NCBI GenBank assembly: GCA_041497895.1
Contig: JBGQHJ010000085.1
Span: 1-21,769 of the forward strand
Source of the DNA: Candidatus Methylomirabilia bacterium
GTDB lineage: Bacteria > Methylomirabilota > Methylomirabilia > Rokubacteriales > CSP1-6
DNA length: 21,769 bases
Direction of reading: 5' to 3'
Below the pieces are notes generated by a model. That model made no database searches and had not been told where the DNA came from. It saw nothing but the letters and a program-made list of their open reading frames with translations. Below, in pieces: positions 17,708 through 21,769 of the stretch; within the stretch, counting starts at the first letter, position 1; each line of letters opens with the position of its first letter. The position numbers and the translations under genes are program-made.

Positions 17708-18208
17708 ATGAGCCGCACCGCTCGGGTAGCCCTGATCCTCGGTGGAGTGGTCCTCGGCATGGCGGCCCCCGCGCTGGCCCAGACCGCGTCGACGAACCTC
17801 GCGGTGAGCGCCACGGTGGCCAAGAACTGCAGCATCACGACCACGGCGGTCGCATTCGGCAGCTACGATCCGGTCGTCGCGAACGCCGCCACCCCGCTCG
17901 ACGGCACCGGCACGGTGGTGGTGACCTGCACGAAGGGCGCGGGCACCCGGATCGACCTCGGCCTGGGCGCCAACGCCTCGGGCGCGGTCCGGCGGATGAG
18001 CGGCGGCACCGACTTCCTGACCTACGAGCTGTACCAGAACACCACCCGGACCACGATCTGGGGCTCGGGCGCGGCGGCGGGCCAGACCATCGCGGCGGCA
18101 CCCAGCAAGGCGGCCCGCACCTTCACGGTCTACGGACGCGTCGCAGCCGGCCAGGATGTGGCCGCGGCGTCCTATAATGACACGGTGGTTGCGACCATCA
18201 ACTTCTAG
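17708..18208 (+). CDS. SCPU/Csu-type major pilin 2, 166 aa, paralog of pilin 1
   Basis: SD GGGAGG before ATG 17708. Same length and motifs as pilin 1, with about 31 differences in 166 aa by manual count. Confidence 0.92.
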   Translation: MSRTARVALILGGVVLGMAAPALAQTASTNLAVSATVAKNCSITTTAVAFGSYDPVVANAATPLDGTGTVVVTCTKGAGTRIDLGLGANASGAVRRMSGGTDFLTYELYQNTTRTTIWGSGAAAGQTIAAAPSKAARTFTVYGRVAAGQDVAAASYNDTVVATINF

Positions 18209-18228
18209 CCCGGAGGACCGACGCCCGC

Positions 18229-19023
18229 GTGCAGCACCGACGAACAGCGAGCGCAGGGAGAGCGCCGATGGCCCTGGGGGCCGCGGCGCTCTTGCTGCTG
18301 TTGGCGGTCGCGACCGCCACCCCGCGCGCCGCGCGGGCGGCGGACTTCACGGTCAACCCGATCCAGATCTTCCTGTCCGCCCAATCGCAGAGCGCCATCC
18401 TCACCATCCAGAACACGAGCACCGAGCCCCTGCGCTTCCAGCTCAACGCCTTCGCGTGGGCGCAGGACACGGCCGGGCAGATGCAGCTCACCCCGACCAC
18501 CGAGGTCATCTTCTTCCCGCGCCTGCTCACGCTGGCTCCCAACGAGCAGCGCATCGTACGAGTGGGCGCCTCCGGGCCTCCCGGCCCCGTCGAGCGTACC
18601 TACCGCATCTTCGTGGAGGAGCTGCCGCCGTCGACCCAGCAGGCGGCCCCACCGGGCCAGGTGCGGGTGCTCGCCCGGATGGGTATCCCGATCTTCGTGG
18701 AGGCGCGCGCGGCGCGGGCCGATCTGCGCCTCGGCCCCCCGGCGCTGCAGGCCGGGCGCGTGACGTTCGAGCTGCGCAACGCGGGCACCAAGCACGTGGT
18801 CCCGCTGGACATCCGGCTCCAGGGCCTGGACGCGGCGGGCGCGACGGTGTGGGAACGGTCCCAGGACGCCTGGTACATCCTCGCGGGAGACCGGCGGATC
18901 TACGAGGTGCCGGTCGAGCGGGAGGATTGCGCCCGAACCAGAGCCGTTGCCGTCCAGGTCAAGGTCGGAGAACAGACCCTGACCGAGCGCGTCGACGTCC
19001 CCGCGCCAGCCTGTGCGCCATGA
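18229..19023 (+). CDS. Periplasmic pilus chaperone (PapD-N fold, CsuC-like)
   Basis: Signal peptide, then FTVNPIQIFL, LTIQN, W.QD..G..QL.PT, FFPRLLTL.PNEQRIVRVG, ERTYRIFVEELP, IPIFV and NAGTKH. Start could instead be ATG 18268. Confidence 0.9.
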   Translation: MQHRRTASAGRAPMALGAAALLLLLAVATATPRAARAADFTVNPIQIFLSAQSQSAILTIQNTSTEPLRFQLNAFAWAQDTAGQMQLTPTTEVIFFPRLLTLAPNEQRIVRVGASGPPGPVERTYRIFVEELPPSTQQAAPPGQVRVLARMGIPIFVEARAARADLRLGPPALQAGRVTFELRNAGTKHVVPLDIRLQGLDAAGATVWERSQDAWYILAGDRRIYEVPVEREDCARTRAVAVQVKVGEQTLTERVDVPAPACAP

Positions 19024-21388
19024 CCGGTCGTTCCGCACCTCGCCCCGCCGCCTCGCGCCTCGCGGCCTCATCCTGCTCCTGGTGCTGCTCGGCCTGACCG
19101 GGCCGGCGATCGGCCAGCCCTCCGAGACGGAGCGGGCCATCTTGCAGGTGAGCGTCAACGGGATCGAGCGGGGCGAGGTCGTCGTCCTGCTCCGCAGCCC
19201 CGACGTGCTGGTGCGGGTCCTCGATCTGGAGCGGGCGGGGCTGATCGGCTTCGGGGGCCGGCGCGAGACGGTGGGAAGCGACGTCTACGTCTCGCTGATC
19301 TCGCTCGCGCCGGCGGTGACCTACGAGCTGGACGAGCGCGCCCTCGCCCTGCGGCTCACCGCGGCACCCTCGAATCTGACCACCACCATCCAGGACTTCC
19401 TGCAGAGCCGGCCCCCGGGCCTGGTCTACACCCAGGATCCCTCCGCGTTCCTCAACACGTCGATGACCGGGATCGACTTCGATCGCTTCACGTGGACCGG
19501 AGAAGGCGGCCTCAGCATCCGCAACACCCTGCTCTACGGCACCGCCTTTCGCGACGAGATGGGCGTCTTCTCGCGGGGGATCACCAGCTTCACGGTGGAC
19601 GATCGGGAGCGACTCGTGCGCTGGCTGGTCGGCGACCGCTTCGACTCCACCGGCCCCCTCGGCGGCAGCGCGCTGGTGGGCGGCCTCAGCGTCTCCCGGG
19701 AATTCACGCTCGACCCGTACTTCGTGCGCTTCCCGACCGTGGGCCTGTCGGGCGCGGTGCTCACGCGGTCGGTCGCCGAGGTCTACGTCAACGGCCAGCT
19801 GCTGCGACGCGAGTTCCTGCCCCCCGGCCCCTTCGAGCTGCGCAATCTGCCCGCGCCGGTGGGCAGCGGCACCGCGGAGGTCATCCTGCGCGACGTCTTC
19901 GGCCGCCAGCAGGTCATCAGCTCGCCCTTCTACTTCACCTCGAGCCTGCTCCGGGCCGGAGTGCAGGAGTGGAGCTACGACCTGGGCTTCCGCCGGGAGC
20001 AGCAGGTGACCGGTCTGGGCGAGTACGGGCCGTGGGCCGTGCTCGGGCGGCATCGCGTCGGTGTGACCGACGATCTCACGGTGGGGGCACGGATCGAGGG
20101 AGGCGCCGACCTCGTCTCCGGCGGCCCCATCGTCACCCTGCGCCTGCCGGTGGGCGAGGTGGAGCTCACGGTGGCAGGCAGTCGCAGCGACACCGAGGAC
20201 GGCTGGGCCGGCTCGCTCGCCTACAACTACGCCTCGCGGCTCTTCAGCGTCGGCTGGGCGCTCCGGACCTTCAGCGAGCACTACGTCACCACGAGCCTGA
20301 AGGCGCCCGAGGACCGTCCACGTCTCGAGGCCACCGCGATCGTGGGCTTCCCGATCACCACCCGCAGCACGGTGACGCTCCAGTACACCCACACCGACTT
20401 TCGCGACGCGGGTCCCCAGGAGCGCATCTCGGCCTCGGTGAGCGCGCGACTCACCGGCCGGGCGAGCCTGTTCGTCACCGCCAGCCACACGCGCCAGCCG
20501 CAGCAGAAGCCCGACACCTCGGTGTTCACCGGCCTCACCTACTTCCTGGGCGACAGCACCACCGCGACCGCCTCCCACGAGGTGAGCCGCCACCAGAACA
20601 CCACCGCGGTGGAGGCGCAGCGCTCGCTGCCGCTCGGCACCGGGCTCGGCTATCGCGTCCGCGCGGTGCGCGCCGAGCAGGACCTTCCGCAGGAGGAGGG
20701 CCGCAGCGGAGGCAGCACGGTGGACTACCAGGGACTGGCGGATCTGCAGTACCAGAGCCAGTACGGCTTCTACGAGGGCTCCTACGAACGGATCAACGGG
20801 CGCAATTCCTCCATGCTGACCGCGGCCGCCGGCATCGTGGCCATCGGCGGCAGCGTCCACCTGAGCCGGCCGGTGCAGGATGGTTACGCGCTCGTCAACG
20901 TGCCGGGCGTGGCCGGCGTGCGGGCGTCGCTCAACAACCAGGAGGTCGGGCGCACCGATTCGCGCGGCCGGCTGCTGGTCCCCAACCTGCTCCCCTACTA
21001 CGGCAACCGGCTCGGCATCAGCGACCAGGACATCCCGATCGACTACAGCATCGCGGTGACCGACCGGCTGGTGGCGCCGCCCGTGAAAGGTGGATCGGTG
21101 GTGACGTTCCCGGCCCGGCGCGTGCAGGCCTTCGTGGGCGCGGTGGTGGTGGAGACGGACGGCCGGACCGTGACGCCCGCGTACGGACAGCTCACCGTGA
21201 CCGCGGAGGGGCAGACCTACGAATCCCCGATCGGCCGGGACGGCGAGTTCTATCTGGAGAACCTCCCGCGCGGACGCCACGCCGCGGTGGTCGACCACAA
21301 GGACGCGGTGTGCCGCTTCACGCTCGAGGCACCGGTCTCGGCCGCGTCGCTGGTGGACGTCGGGACGGTGCATTGTGTGGTTCCCTGA
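19013..21388 (+). CDS. Outer-membrane fimbrial usher (CsuD-like)
   Basis: 791 aa. V.VNG N-domain, SREFTLDPYFV, VYVNG..PGPFELRNLP..G.G, RDVFGRQQ, LL.AG..WSY.LG, GRTDSRG.LLVP.L.PY..N and a C-terminal Cys pair. Located directly after the chaperone. Confidence 0.92.
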   Translation: MRHDRSFRTSPRRLAPRGLILLLVLLGLTGPAIGQPSETERAILQVSVNGIERGEVVVLLRSPDVLVRVLDLERAGLIGFGGRRETVGSDVYVSLISLAPAVTYELDERALALRLTAAPSNLTTTIQDFLQSRPPGLVYTQDPSAFLNTSMTGIDFDRFTWTGEGGLSIRNTLLYGTAFRDEMGVFSRGITSFTVDDRERLVRWLVGDRFDSTGPLGGSALVGGLSVSREFTLDPYFVRFPTVGLSGAVLTRSVAEVYVNGQLLRREFLPPGPFELRNLPAPVGSGTAEVILRDVFGRQQVISSPFYFTSSLLRAGVQEWSYDLGFRREQQVTGLGEYGPWAVLGRHRVGVTDDLTVGARIEGGADLVSGGPIVTLRLPVGEVELTVAGSRSDTEDGWAGSLAYNYASRLFSVGWALRTFSEHYVTTSLKAPEDRPRLEATAIVGFPITTRSTVTLQYTHTDFRDAGPQERISASVSARLTGRASLFVTASHTRQPQQKPDTSVFTGLTYFLGDSTTATASHEVSRHQNTTAVEAQRSLPLGTGLGYRVRAVRAEQDLPQEEGRSGGSTVDYQGLADLQYQSQYGFYEGSYERINGRNSSMLTAAAGIVAIGGSVHLSRPVQDGYALVNVPGVAGVRASLNNQEVGRTDSRGRLLVPNLLPYYGNRLGISDQDIPIDYSIAVTDRLVAPPVKGGSVVTFPARRVQAFVGAVVVETDGRTVTPAYGQLTVTAEGQTYESPIGRDGEFYLENLPRGRHAAVVDHKDAVCRFTLEAPVSAASLVDVGTVHCVVP

Positions 21389-21416
21389 GCGAAGACGGTC
21401 CGAGAAAGGGGCAGGC

Positions 21417-21769
21417 ATGGCGACGAAGAGGCTCTTCACGATGCTGCTGGCGACGGCGGCCCTGGGGATCGCGGTGTCCAGGGCGGAGGCCGCGTGCACC
21501 ATCACGACGACCGCAGTGAGCTTCGGCAGCTACAACGTCTTCGCCGGGTCGGCCGACGATGGTACCGGGCAGATCACGTACCGCTGCACGAGCCCCCGAC
21601 CACCCATCGTCACCATCCAGCTCGACAAGGGCGGCTCGCCGAGCTTCAGCCCACGCCAGATGAAGCGGGGTAGCGAGACGCTCAACTACAACCTCTACCT
21701 GGACTCGACCCGGAGCACGATCTGGGGCGACGGGACCGGCGGCACCCAGACCTACTCGCGGGCCAATCC
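21417..21769 (+). CDS. Third SCPU-domain subunit (minor or tip pilin), truncated by the window end
   Basis: Not in the ORF track because it has no stop. ATG 21417 after AAAGGGG: MATKRLFTMLLATAALGIAVSRAEA-ACTITTTAVSFGSYNVF..RCT..RQMKRGSETLNYNLYLDSTRSTIWGDGTGGT. Confidence 0.88.
   Translation, partial: MATKRLFTMLLATAALGIAVSRAEAACTITTTAVSFGSYNVFAGSADDGTGQITYRCTSPRPPIVTIQLDKGGSPSFSPRQMKRGSETLNYNLYLDSTRSTIWGDGTGGTQTYSRAN

Overview
High-GC bacterial window from a diderm (it encodes an outer-membrane usher). The gene style is reminiscent of Rokubacteria/Methylomirabilota, but that is inference only. In order: partial amidohydrolase; Ldh_2-family dehydrogenase (-) divergent from a cupin plus a DUF523/DUF1722 (RudS-like) gene; hybrid PAS histidine kinase; a B12-dependent 2-hydroxyisobutyryl-CoA mutase locus (hcmB, decayed hcl ligase, hcmA) coupled to an epoxide hydrolase, a metallophosphoesterase and a CHASE2 class III nucleotide cyclase with a non-canonical specificity residue; a convergent FecR-domain gene; a lower-GC orphan; an LLM/F420-type oxidoreductase; a frameshifted SRPBCC gene; and an archaic (Csu/spore-coat-U) chaperone-usher pilus locus with two duplicated pilins, each with its own sigma54 promoter. 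Most notable: (1) a cas-less CRISPR-like repeat-spacer-repeat unit (29/36/29 bp) begins exactly where hcl is truncated and runs into the hcmA ribosome-binding region; (2) HCM is linked to an epoxide hydrolase, suggesting isobutene-oxide/tertiary-C4 metabolism; (3) the cyclase has Lys->Gln at the adenine-specifying site; (4) a G-quadruplex-capable tract lies between the twin pilins; (5) several genes look leaderless, including a divergent pair sharing one overlapping -10 element. All family calls come from motif recognition by eye; no searches were run.
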